A stretch of DNA of 64,000 bases from an uncultured Peptostreptococcaceae bacterium (GTDB lineage: Bacteria > Bacillota > Clostridia > Peptostreptococcales > Acidaminobacteraceae). How positions within the stretch are numbered: the first letter of the stretch is position 1; every line of letters starts with the position of its first letter. The notes beneath the pieces are model-generated. The model was not told the DNA's origin, ran no database searches, and saw only the letters and a list, made by a program, of their open reading frames with translations. This document shows positions 10,235 through 19,399 of the stretch, piece by piece. The DNA is taken from positions 2,890-66,889 of the forward strand of contig CAYRIO010000014.1 of NCBI GenBank assembly GCA_964424355.1, written 5' to 3'. A program made the translations under genes and the position numbers.

Positions 10235-11521
10235 CTACTCCTGATAGGCGATGCCCAAAAAACGAGCGTTCAGCGCTTTAAAATTATCGACAATGTAACG
10301 CACGTTCTCGCGGTTTGAATTATTGGAAGCAGCCAATATGACGGATCCTCTGTTCGCTAACTTCGTTATGATCCGCTCTTCAGCACTGACACTCAAAATA
10401 ATCAGATCATAGTTCTTTTCAATTTCATTCAACAAGGATTCGAATTTTTCAAGGGACTCCTGATTAAAGGCTATTCTCTTATCCGTTCCCATCAGAATGT
10501 CAAACGAATAAGATACACTGCAGATCAGCTGCGGCAACGGCTCCTTCTGAAAAAGCGCCTTGCTGAGCCGGTTTTCGTGGCCGAATCTCTCCGTCAAAAT
10601 ATTACTGAACGTGGATACCGGATTAATGGGAATGTACAGTGCCTTTTCATAGCTTTTTCCCATGTAATTGGCAAAGGCCAGTGCAAAGGCTTCGTTTTTT
10701 CCGCTGTCATCACTGGTAATGACTGTGCAAAGCTTTTGGTGATGCTGCTCAATGTCATTATTGACCGTCTGCCAGACAAAATGATAATCCTCATTTTTCA
10801 TCGTATTCAGGAGATGTGTGATATTCCTTCCCTTCATGCCATGCTTTGTGCAGCTCAGCACTTTTTTCCGGGAGATGGTTTCCGCTTCAATATAGGTCTT
10901 GAGTTCCTTGCTTAAAAGAAATTTTAGAAGGATCAGGCTCATGCCAATGAAGGCGCCCAGAACCGCGCCCAAAATGACCAGCATGACCTTTTGGGGCGCT
11001 ATGGGTTCCTTTGAAAGATAGGAGGCATCAACGTTCTCAACCGTTGAAATTCTGACGATTTTAGCGGCTTCTCTTGACAAAACCCGCTCAATTCGACTCG
11101 AAACCGCCATGGCAAGGCCTTGATCAGTGCTGTCATAGCCCACTTTAAAAAATGTGGAATCCATGGATATTTCTACATACAAATGCGCCATATAATCTTC
11201 ATAGCTTAACAGCTGTATATCGTTTTCAACGGCTGAAAGGGCTTTGATCTCATCGTAAAACCTCCGGCTTTCTATCAGGTTCTCAATGTCAAGTAACAGC
11301 AAATTATAGAATTGAAATTCATTGATCGTGAAGAAAGCGCTGTTCAACTCTGATTTATTCAGATAATAAGTCGCATGCGCTCTATAAACAGGGGGGATAT
11401 AAACGACCAGGATTAGCGCCATAATTATTCCAACCACCATGGTTATGGCCAGGATCCAAAGGTTTCTGAATAAAAAGAAGAGATCACTCACCCAATTTTT
11501 ATCTTCAAATGACCTTTCCAT
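10235..11521 (-). CDS. Wzz-type chain-length determinant fused to a degenerate BY-kinase-like domain
   Basis: The layout is N-terminal TM, periplasmic-type region, second TM (VMLVILGAVLGAFIGMSLILL), then a CpsD-like fold. The Walker A region reads SDDSGKNE, and no Tyr-rich tail is present. Confidence 0.7.
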   Translation of the reverse strand: MERSFEDKNWVSDLFFLFRNLWILAITMVVGIIMALILVVYIPPVYRAHATYYLNKSELNSAFFTINEFQFYNLLLLDIENLIESRRFYDEIKALSAVENDIQLLSYEDYMAHLYVEISMDSTFFKVGYDSTDQGLAMAVSSRIERVLSREAAKIVRISTVENVDASYLSKEPIAPQKVMLVILGAVLGAFIGMSLILLKFLLSKELKTYIEAETISRKKVLSCTKHGMKGRNITHLLNTMKNEDYHFVWQTVNNDIEQHHQKLCTVITSDDSGKNEAFALAFANYMGKSYEKALYIPINPVSTFSNILTERFGHENRLSKALFQKEPLPQLICSVSYSFDILMGTDKRIAFNQESLEKFESLLNEIEKNYDLIILSVSAEERIITKLANRGSVILAASNNSNRENVRYIVDNFKALNARFLGIAYQE

Positions 11522-11535
11522 GGCTGTCCCTCCGT

Positions 11536-12648
11536 TTAAATCTCCTGCTGCATTTTAAAAACCGATTGATACACCTGATTCGTTTTTGCCGCCACACAGT
11601 CCCACGAATAATTTTCTTTGATGTATTCAATCGTCCGATCACCATCATAACTATTTTTCGAAATCAACAGCTGTTCCAACTTGTTTCTGAGATCCTCTAC
11701 GTCCCTGCTTCGGAACGTAAAGCCATACGCATCAACAACCGTCCTGTTCTCCTCGATATCGCTGGTAAGACAAAGGGTCCCATAGCTCATGGCTTCAAGC
11801 AGCGATATAGGAAGCCCTTCCACAGTAGACGGCAGCACATACATGTACGCGTAACTGAAAAGCGCTTCGAGAGCCTCTCCCTCTACAAATCCTGTAAAAA
11901 CAATATTGGGGTTGCTCTCCGCCAGTTTTTTTACTTTTTTTACGTACGCATCAGAGTGACTTGTCCCACCGGCGACCACCAATTTCTTATCGGTATTCAG
12001 ACCCTTAAAGGCCTCAATCAGAAAATGAAGACCTTTTTCTGGAACGATTCTGCTGAGAAACAGAATGTATGAATCCGCCGCCAGTCCGTATGTCTCCTCA
12101 ATTATCTTCTCCGATGGTTTTTGCTTCACATAGACCCCGTTGGGAATATAGACAGGGGTTTTGTGGTATTTCTCTTCAAAGTAGGGTAAGAGTGTCTTGC
12201 TGACACTGATGGTCTGATGCGCATAGCGAACGCCAACCTGTTCACCAAGCTTGAGGATGAGTTTCGTCAGCCGTCCCCACTTATCCCGCTTCCAGTCAAG
12301 ACCGTGTATGGTGCATATCACCTTACGGCCGAACAACCTTGGCAAGAATGCGAACAGGGAAGGTCCCAACGCGTGAAAATGGATCAGTTCTGCTCCGGAC
12401 TTAAGTGCGTGCAGGGTTGACGCTGCCGTATAGGTAATCGTGTCAAAATGATTCGTATTCACACTGGGGATCTGTATGATCCTCATCCCCTTGTAGCTTT
12501 CGAGCAATGCGCTGCAATAATCGCTTCTGGCATATATCCAGAGATCATGTCCCATTGCCGCAAGCCTACATCCGATTTCTTCTACGTGGACTTCTATGCC
12601 TCCGGCCCGAGAAGGCATCCCCTTTTGACCGATCATGGCAATTTTCAC
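11536..12648 (-). CDS. GT4 glycosyltransferase of the DUF1972/RgpA-WchF-like type
   Basis: The GTG at 12648 follows GGGGAGG, giving VKIAMIGQKGMPSRAGGIEVHVEE, which is typical of this N-terminal domain. A C-terminal EGLPISLLEAMSYG motif is present. The ATG at 12783 adds an implausible 45-aa leader. Confidence 0.8.
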   Translation of the reverse strand: MKIAMIGQKGMPSRAGGIEVHVEEIGCRLAAMGHDLWIYARSDYCSALLESYKGMRIIQIPSVNTNHFDTITYTAASTLHALKSGAELIHFHALGPSLFAFLPRLFGRKVICTIHGLDWKRDKWGRLTKLILKLGEQVGVRYAHQTISVSKTLLPYFEEKYHKTPVYIPNGVYVKQKPSEKIIEETYGLAADSYILFLSRIVPEKGLHFLIEAFKGLNTDKKLVVAGGTSHSDAYVKKVKKLAESNPNIVFTGFVEGEALEALFSYAYMYVLPSTVEGLPISLLEAMSYGTLCLTSDIEENRTVVDAYGFTFRSRDVEDLRNKLEQLLISKNSYDGDRTIEYIKENYSWDCVAAKTNQVYQSVFKMQQEI

Positions 12649-12855
12649 CGGTGCACCTCCCCATGGAGAAGCTACAAATTTTTGCCGATTATTAACCCCG
12701 TGATTTAACATTCCGTCAGGTGCGTTTATTAATTTATACCCTTTGCAATCCGAGATATAATCATAATTCGTGAATAAACACACTTTTAATTGGCCTTATT
12801 CCTCGCCCATTCCGTTGGGGATCCCATGAGGGGATCTTCAGGTGCGGCAGCAACT

Positions 12856-12900
12856 AAAAAGGAGCTGTCATAAATGATCAACCTCATCATCTACAGCTCC
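12856..12900 (-). terminator. putative terminator after the secreted-protein gene
   Basis: The arms GGAGCTGT and ACAGCTCC pair and are followed by a T-run on the minus strand. The loop is large (24 nt). Confidence 0.4.
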
Positions 12901-12981
12901 GTGTTTATCAGCTCAGGCAGGCGGCACTCCGTTCTTCCCACTTAGCAATTAACGATATCCCGATTTCCTGAATTCTGACCC

Positions 12982-13470
12982 TTATTGGAATCCAGGTATT
13001 TTAAGCCATAATCCGGCTACATCATCATCACCCTCATAAACAAAGGGTACGCCGCCAGCCTCGAATTGAATGCCTGCAGCGACATAGCCATCAGCATCGC
13101 CTGCAATTACATCTGCGAAAAGCGCCTGCAGCGCAGGGATGGAGAAGTGCATGACAAGATCCATTTCTCCGTCACCGTTAACGTCTTCCAGGTTCCACCG
13201 GATAGGTACAACGAGTCGTTCGCCCGCAGGGCCAAAAAGAATGGTGGCCGGATCGACAGCATCAATATCGAATGCGCCATTTCCACCAAGCAATGCAACT
13301 GGCAGAACACCCCGGTTATTGAAGTTGACAGCATTGGGGCAGCTCCCCGGCTTGACATCTACGTACGTTTCACCCGCAGCGAACGAATAGGTCATTAGTA
13401 AAGTCGTCAGCAAGAGTGACACAATCATCAACACACTGAACGTCCTTCCGAAACGACTTCTGCTCAACAT
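12982..13470 (-). CDS. secreted hypothetical protein with a DxNGDGxxD calcium-binding-like motif
   Basis: The ATG at 13470 follows GGAGGTGA. A signal peptide is visible (MLSRSRFGRTFSVLMIVSLLLTTLLMTYSFAAG), and the motif DVNGDGEMDLV is present. Confidence 0.6.
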   Translation of the reverse strand: MLSRSRFGRTFSVLMIVSLLLTTLLMTYSFAAGETYVDVKPGSCPNAVNFNNRGVLPVALLGGNGAFDIDAVDPATILFGPAGERLVVPIRWNLEDVNGDGEMDLVMHFSIPALQALFADVIAGDADGYVAAGIQFEAGGVPFVYEGDDDVAGLWLKIPGFQ

Positions 13471-13651
13471 TATTATCACCTCCAGTTCCATGATCTGTGC
13501 TTGAAACAGTTGGTAATGTAAACTCAATGCGCAACGCAATCCAGAATGCAGCCTGCTTGAACTGGGTTGATTCCATTCGGTTTCTTTCTAGGCGATTGAA
13601 TGGCAGTGTCAAATGAACGTTCCAGTGCATATATACCCAAAAACACGATTA

Positions 13652-14980
13652 TTAAACCGATTCGCGTATAACTTGAACCATCACTTCCAGCATTTCCTGT
13701 GTAAGTCCCGGATACACACCCACCCAAAAACTGTTGTTCATGATGGCATCCGTTCGCGCAAGGGTGCCTACGGCTCTGAATCCCATCCCGCTTCGGCGCA
13801 GCCCGTCAAAACAAGGATGTTTGATGAGGTTGCCGCTGAAGAGCATCCGGGTCTGTACCCCTTTTGCTTCTATTTGGCGTACAACCTGTTCCCTGCTCAA
13901 ATCCGCCTCTGGCCGCAGCGTCATCATGAAGCCGAACCAGGAAGGCGCAGCGCCTTCACAGGCCACTGGAAGAATGACGCGGTCGCCGATGTCACGCAGC
14001 GCATTCCTTAAATACGCCCAGTTTTCCCGGCGGCGTTCCACAAAGCTGTCCAGCTTTGTTAGCTGGGCACATCCAACAGCGGCTTGCATATCCGTTGCTT
14101 TCAAGTTGTAGCCAAAATGAGAATACACGTATTTATGGTCATAGCCTTGAGGGAGCTCGCCGTAGCGGCCATCAAAGCGGTGTCCACAGCGATTGTCCAT
14201 GCCAGGCTTGCATTGACAGTCTCGCCCCCAGTCCCTCAGGGACATTACAATTGGAGCCAGCAAGTCATTATTTGTGTAAACTGCCCCCCCTTCGCCCATG
14301 GTCATATGATGCGGCGGGTAAAAGCTGGATGTCGCCAAATCACCGAAGGTTCCCGTCAATCGGGTCACACCGTCAAGATCATAAGTCGAGCCCAGGGCGT
14401 CACAATTATCTTCCACAAGCCATAAATCATGGACCTCACAAAATTTTTTCACTTTTGAGATATTAAAGGGGTTTCCAAGGGTATGAGCAATCATGACAGC
14501 CTTTGTGCGTTCGCTCAACGCCGCATCCAGTTGGTCCACGTCCAGGTTGTATTGGGGGATCGTCACATCCACAAATACGGGAACAGCGCCGAATTGGATG
14601 ATAGGCGCCACCGTTGTTGGAAATGCTGCGGCAACTGTAATGATTTCATCGCCCCGTTGGATGGCTTTATCGCCCAGCAGCGGTGAGGTGAGCGCCATGA
14701 ATGCCAACAAATTTGCTGATGATCCAGAGTTCACCAAAAAACAGTGGCGGACGCCCAAATACGCCGCGAAATCTTGTTCAAAGCGCTCAGTGTAAACACC
14801 GCCAGTCAGCCAAAAATCCAGGGCGCTGCGGACCAGCATCATCATTTCCTCTTCGTCATAGACCCTGCCAGCGTATGCCATCCTGTCACCGGGCCGATAC
14901 CCCTTTTGATGGTATTTCCCATGATAGGACTTCACAAGCTGCAGAATCTCATCTCTGGCACGTTCCTCTTCTCTTGTCAC
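13652..14980 (-). CDS. rfbH: CDP-4-keto-6-deoxy-D-glucose 3-dehydrase (E1, DegT family)
   Basis: It is 442 aa. SFYPPHHMTMGEGG carries His-His where aminotransferases of this fold have the Schiff-base Lys. A DCQCKPGMDNRC cluster (C-x-C-x7-C) fits the E1 iron-sulfur motif as I recall it. The N-terminus is RfbH-like. The start is GTG. Confidence 0.85.
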   Translation of the reverse strand: MTREEERARDEILQLVKSYHGKYHQKGYRPGDRMAYAGRVYDEEEMMMLVRSALDFWLTGGVYTERFEQDFAAYLGVRHCFLVNSGSSANLLAFMALTSPLLGDKAIQRGDEIITVAAAFPTTVAPIIQFGAVPVFVDVTIPQYNLDVDQLDAALSERTKAVMIAHTLGNPFNISKVKKFCEVHDLWLVEDNCDALGSTYDLDGVTRLTGTFGDLATSSFYPPHHMTMGEGGAVYTNNDLLAPIVMSLRDWGRDCQCKPGMDNRCGHRFDGRYGELPQGYDHKYVYSHFGYNLKATDMQAAVGCAQLTKLDSFVERRRENWAYLRNALRDIGDRVILPVACEGAAPSWFGFMMTLRPEADLSREQVVRQIEAKGVQTRMLFSGNLIKHPCFDGLRRSGMGFRAVGTLARTDAIMNNSFWVGVYPGLTQEMLEVMVQVIRESV

Positions 14981-15071
14981 GATGCATCCCCCCCATCCCT
15001 AGCATGAAACCACTGTCGCAATCCTCACGTGTCGTCAACAACCGCAGGCAAACGAACAATTGGAGGTCATT

Positions 15072-16451
15072 ATGAAGATCATCATTCTCGCCGGTGGATC
15101 CGGCACCCGGTTGTGGCCCCTCAGCCGCTCTCATTACCCCAAGCAATTCATCAAATTCCATGGCAAATCGAAATCCCTGTTTCAGGAAACTTTTGAAAGG
15201 AGTCTCTTGCTGGCATCTCCAGGCGACATTTATGTCGTGACCCATGAGAACTTTAAGTTCCTGGTAATGGGTGCTGTCGAGGAATTGGGCTGCGCCTATG
15301 AAGAAGACCATATCTTAGTCGAGCCTGTGGCCAAGAATACCTTGCCTGCAATTTATGCGGGTGTCAGCGAAATCACACGTACTGGCAACGATGTTGTCGT
15401 TGTTTTCCCTTCAGATCATCTCATTGCCGATGGCAAAGCCTTCGCCGATCTGATTAAAGCATCGGAATCACTGACCAAGGACACCATCATAACCTTTGGC
15501 ATCCAGCCGGATCATCCCCATACGGGCTACGGCTATATCGAGTCGGGAGAACCGAAGGGCAATGGTTATCTCGTCAAAACCTTTAAAGAAAAACCCGATC
15601 TTGAAACCGCAAAAGCCTATATCCAGGCGGGTTATTACTGGAACGCCGGCATATTCATGTTTCACACCGGTCTCTTCAAGGAAGAGGTGGAAAGGTACGC
15701 ACCTGAGATCCATTCCGTCTTTTTAGAAGGCACTGATCTCAGAGACTGCTTTTCCAGAATTCAAAATCCGATATCCATCGACTATGGGCTCCTGGAGAAA
15801 AGCACCCGGATTTCGGTTGTACCTGCAGCCATTGGCTGGAACGATTTAGGCAGCTTCGACTCATTTTATGATGTGTTTGAAAAAGACACAGCGGGCAACA
15901 TTGCCACCAAAGACACCATTCTTATCAACGCCGCAGACAATCTGATTTACGCTGAACCCGGCAAGCTCGTCGCAACGGTGGGGGTCGATGATTTAATTAT
16001 CATCGACAGCGGAGATGCCCTCCTTATTTGTAAGAAAGACCAGTCCCAAAGGGTCAAGGATATTGTTGAAACCTTGAAACAGCAAGCTGATCCGCGGACG
16101 GAATACCATTTGCAGGACTACCGTCCATGGGGGCATTACAGAATTCTGGAGGCGGAAAAGGATTCCTTCAAAATTAAACGGATCACGGTCCTTCAAGGAA
16201 AGAAGCTCAGCTATCAGCTGCACCACCACAGAAGCGAACACTGGGTCGTCGTACGCGGCATGGCTCGCGTGACGATTGACGATACCGTCAGATTTGTGAG
16301 TGCAGGCGAAAGCATTTACATGAAGCCTGGTCAACGCCACCGCCTTGAGAATCCCGGAAAAATCCCCCTCGAGATCATTGAAGTTCAAATGGGCGAATAC
16401 CTGGAAGAGGATGACATTGTCCGGTTTGATGATGAATACGGGCGAAAATGA
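15072..16451 (+). CDS. manC: mannose-1-phosphate guanylyltransferase / mannose-6-phosphate isomerase
   Basis: The N-terminus MKIIILAGGSGTRLWPLSR follows GGAGG. A C-terminal cupin domain is present (HHHRSEHWVVVRG...ENPG). Confidence 0.9.
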   Translation: MKIIILAGGSGTRLWPLSRSHYPKQFIKFHGKSKSLFQETFERSLLLASPGDIYVVTHENFKFLVMGAVEELGCAYEEDHILVEPVAKNTLPAIYAGVSEITRTGNDVVVVFPSDHLIADGKAFADLIKASESLTKDTIITFGIQPDHPHTGYGYIESGEPKGNGYLVKTFKEKPDLETAKAYIQAGYYWNAGIFMFHTGLFKEEVERYAPEIHSVFLEGTDLRDCFSRIQNPISIDYGLLEKSTRISVVPAAIGWNDLGSFDSFYDVFEKDTAGNIATKDTILINAADNLIYAEPGKLVATVGVDDLIIIDSGDALLICKKDQSQRVKDIVETLKQQADPRTEYHLQDYRPWGHYRILEAEKDSFKIKRITVLQGKKLSYQLHHHRSEHWVVVRGMARVTIDDTVRFVSAGESIYMKPGQRHRLENPGKIPLEIIEVQMGEYLEEDDIVRFDDEYGRK

Positions 16452-16467
16452 TTTTAACGCCTCTGTT

Positions 16468-18210
16468 TTAGCAGCGGTCAGCACAGGATGCCAAGCGGGT
16501 TCTGATTTCTGCTTTTAGGGCTTCCAGCTTCTGCTCGGCATCACTCTGACTTATTCCTTTGACCCCCACATAGATCTTCATCTTCGGTTCCGTCCCTGAG
16601 GGCCGGATACAGAACCATGACGCATTTTCCATGACGATTTTTATGGCATTGCTGGATGGCAGATGGATGGCGGCTGTCATTCCCGTGATTGGATTGGTTT
16701 GTGTCTGGGTCAGATAATCGCACACATGAACCACCCTGCTTCCCGCCATGACATCCCAGCCGTTCTGTCGGAAGCTTTCCATGATCTCACGGATCCGATC
16801 CGTTTCGCCGGCTTTCAAGTCAATGTTGATCAGTTCTTCTTTAAAATATCCGTATTCCTCATACAAATCCTCCAGTGCCTGAAGAAGCGTCTTCCCCTGC
16901 ATCTGGTGATAAGCGGCCATTTCCGCCGTCAGCAAGGCGGCCTGCATGGCGTCTTTATCCCGGACAAAATCTCCGGCGAGAAAGCCGTAGCTTTCCTCAT
17001 AGCCGAACAGAAAGGTATTGAGGTGCTTGTCAGACCTTTCTGTGATTGTTTCCCCGATATATTTGAACCCTGTCAGTGTTTCAACGACCTCGACGCTATA
17101 CTTGGATGCAATGGCTTTTCCCATCCCGGTGGTGACAACCGTCTGCACCATCATTCCGTCAGAAGGCAGGGTTTGATTTTTTGTGTGCTGGGACAGGATG
17201 TATGCCAGCATCAGGCAGCCCAGTTGATTGCCAGTCAGGGGCGTATATCCGCCAAACACGTTGCGGACAGCCACACCCAATCGGTCTGCGTCCAAATCGG
17301 TCGACATCAGCACATCTGCCCTTTCCTTCTGCCCCAAATCAATGGCCATCCCGTATACCGACCAATCCTCCGGGTTTGGATATTTCACGGTCGGACAGGA
17401 AGGGTCCTGCACCATCTGCTCCGGCACCGGGAAAAGATCCGTGATGTCGTTCATCCGCAATACCCTGGGAACATAATCGGCCCCTGTGCCATGGAGGGGG
17501 GTATAGACAACCCTGACAGGCAGAGGGCCTTTTGCCCACCAATTCCGGCGGAAACTGATTCCAGACACCTGTTTTACATACTGATCCGCAACCTCTTTCC
17601 CCACCCAGCGCAGCAATCCTTTTGATTCTGCATCAGCCAGGTCCATGGCCGGTACCGTCAGTTCGTCCTGAACTTCACTTATTTGCTTCATGATGGCTTG
17701 AGCAAAAATGTCGGTAATCTGCCCGCCATCCGGACCATACACTTTATACCCGTTGTCCGCAGGGGGATTATGGCTGGCTGTAATCACAATCCCGGCAGAG
17801 GCATTCATTGCTCTGACGGCAAAAGAGAGAAGCGGCGTCGGGGCCGGACACGGAAAAAGACAGGCCTGAATACCCATATAAGCAAGGACTGCGGCGGTTT
17901 CCCGGGAAAATCTGACCGAGTTCCTCCTGGTATCATGGGCAATTACAACCGAAATAGGGCCTTGCTCTGCACTATTCTCCAATAGATACCTGGCAAGACC
18001 CATCGTCGCTTTCCTAACCTGATAAATGTTGATCCGAGCTGTACCGCTGCCCATTTCTCCGCGGATACCGCCCGTACCGAATGTCAGAATCCGATCGAAC
18101 CGCTCACGGATTTTCACATCATCCTCTGCAATCTCATCTAATTCCTGTTTCAGCTCCGGATCCATATGGATATAGCCGTGCCAGCGCTGATATTGATCAT
18201 GATAGCCCAT
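16468..18210 (-). CDS. phosphoglucomutase/phosphomannomutase family protein
   Basis: TASHNPPADNGYKVY is the phosphoserine loop, and DLDADRLG is the metal-binding loop. At 580 aa it has the size of the PgcA type. Confidence 0.9.
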   Translation of the reverse strand: MGYHDQYQRWHGYIHMDPELKQELDEIAEDDVKIRERFDRILTFGTGGIRGEMGSGTARINIYQVRKATMGLARYLLENSAEQGPISVVIAHDTRRNSVRFSRETAAVLAYMGIQACLFPCPAPTPLLSFAVRAMNASAGIVITASHNPPADNGYKVYGPDGGQITDIFAQAIMKQISEVQDELTVPAMDLADAESKGLLRWVGKEVADQYVKQVSGISFRRNWWAKGPLPVRVVYTPLHGTGADYVPRVLRMNDITDLFPVPEQMVQDPSCPTVKYPNPEDWSVYGMAIDLGQKERADVLMSTDLDADRLGVAVRNVFGGYTPLTGNQLGCLMLAYILSQHTKNQTLPSDGMMVQTVVTTGMGKAIASKYSVEVVETLTGFKYIGETITERSDKHLNTFLFGYEESYGFLAGDFVRDKDAMQAALLTAEMAAYHQMQGKTLLQALEDLYEEYGYFKEELINIDLKAGETDRIREIMESFRQNGWDVMAGSRVVHVCDYLTQTQTNPITGMTAAIHLPSSNAIKIVMENASWFCIRPSGTEPKMKIYVGVKGISQSDAEQKLEALKAEIRTRLASCADRC

Positions 18211-18327
18211 GCGCGTACACCCCCTTGCGCTTGAATCTTATCAAAAAACATACCCCTGACATGGGCATTCAATCAGAATTATCTGCTGTGGCTCCCCGGT
18301 TCTGCCCCATACGACAGCATCGGCCGC

Positions 18328-19344
18328 TTACTGGATTCCCTTGATTTTTTCCCTTAAAGCCTTGATCCGGTCGGCATCATAGCCTGCAGCCTCCGATTTT
18401 TCCAGGGCTTCCGTGGCCTCGGCATATTTGGCCTGATCAAAGAGAACGAGACTCAACAGATAGTTCCCAAAGGCAGGTTCCAGGGCCGCCATCTCACGGC
18501 TGTATTTTTCAGCGGTGGGATAGTCCCCCTGCACCGCGGCACTGCGGACAACATAGTACAGGATATCACTGCGGACGGCACTGTCGGCTGGAAGCTCCTT
18601 CAGGCGGCCGATTCCGTATACCTGCATGGCATCCCACTGCTCTGCCGCCTCCAGATCCATCAGGGTGGAGATATAGGACTGCTGGATGTTCAGGGCTTTG
18701 GTGAAACCGTACCAGGTGGCCCCTGCGGTCAGGAGTGCCAGGACCAGGGCCGATACGACCCGGCTGTTGAGGGGAAACCGCTCCACGGCGGAAATGAGGA
18801 TGCCGGTGGTTAAGAATCCGCCCACAAGACCGCCCAGATGGGCAAAGTTATCAATTCCGGAAGCCGTGAAGCCGTAGGCCAGGTTGATCACCGCCAGGAC
18901 CAGGATGTCCTTGCCAAAGCCCGAACGCATGAAATCCGGGTTCTTAACGCCCAGGTACAGCATGGCTCCCAAAAGGCCGAAAATGGCGCCGGAGGCCCCC
19001 ACGCCCGGGTAGGCGGAGAAACAGAGACTGCTCAGGTTTCCCAGGATCCCCGCTGCAAAATAGATGACAATGAACCGCTTCCGCCCATAGACATTTTCGG
19101 TGATGGTACCGATGGCGTTCAGGGAAACGCTGTTGAGCAGCAGATGGACGAAGCCGCCGTGGAGGAACATGGCTGTAATGAGCCGCCAGTATTCCCCCGC
19201 CACGATATTGCCGTTGATCTTAGCCCCGTACCGGAGCAGCAGATCCCCATAGACACCGGTATCGAAACCGGCAAGGACCATCAGGACTGCGTATACGGCC
19301 ACATTGATGCCGATGAGGATGTAAGACAGGATTGGTTTTTTCAT
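18328..19344 (-). CDS. rhomboid intramembrane serine protease with a C-terminal TPR-like domain
   Basis: The motifs HGGFVHLLLN, GASGAIFGLLG (catalytic Ser) and AHLGG (catalytic His) are present, followed by a helical repeat tail. An alternative GTG start lies at 19371. Confidence 0.85.
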   Translation of the reverse strand: MKKPILSYILIGINVAVYAVLMVLAGFDTGVYGDLLLRYGAKINGNIVAGEYWRLITAMFLHGGFVHLLLNSVSLNAIGTITENVYGRKRFIVIYFAAGILGNLSSLCFSAYPGVGASGAIFGLLGAMLYLGVKNPDFMRSGFGKDILVLAVINLAYGFTASGIDNFAHLGGLVGGFLTTGILISAVERFPLNSRVVSALVLALLTAGATWYGFTKALNIQQSYISTLMDLEAAEQWDAMQVYGIGRLKELPADSAVRSDILYYVVRSAAVQGDYPTAEKYSREMAALEPAFGNYLLSLVLFDQAKYAEATEALEKSEAAGYDADRIKALREKIKGIQ

Positions 19345-19399
19345 GGGACCCTCTTTATCGTTATGATTCACCTTGCCCTCCGCGGGAGGGAGAAGGTGC

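Noticed and set aside
12649-12783. N-terminal extensions offered by the ORF track. This one adds 45 aa on the GT4 gene. Similar cases occur at 7248-7307, 23015-23077, 45956-45979 and 57724-57873.
   Set aside because: Internal starts with GGAGG-type RBSs reproduce the canonical family N-termini. The extensions lack RBSs and family similarity.
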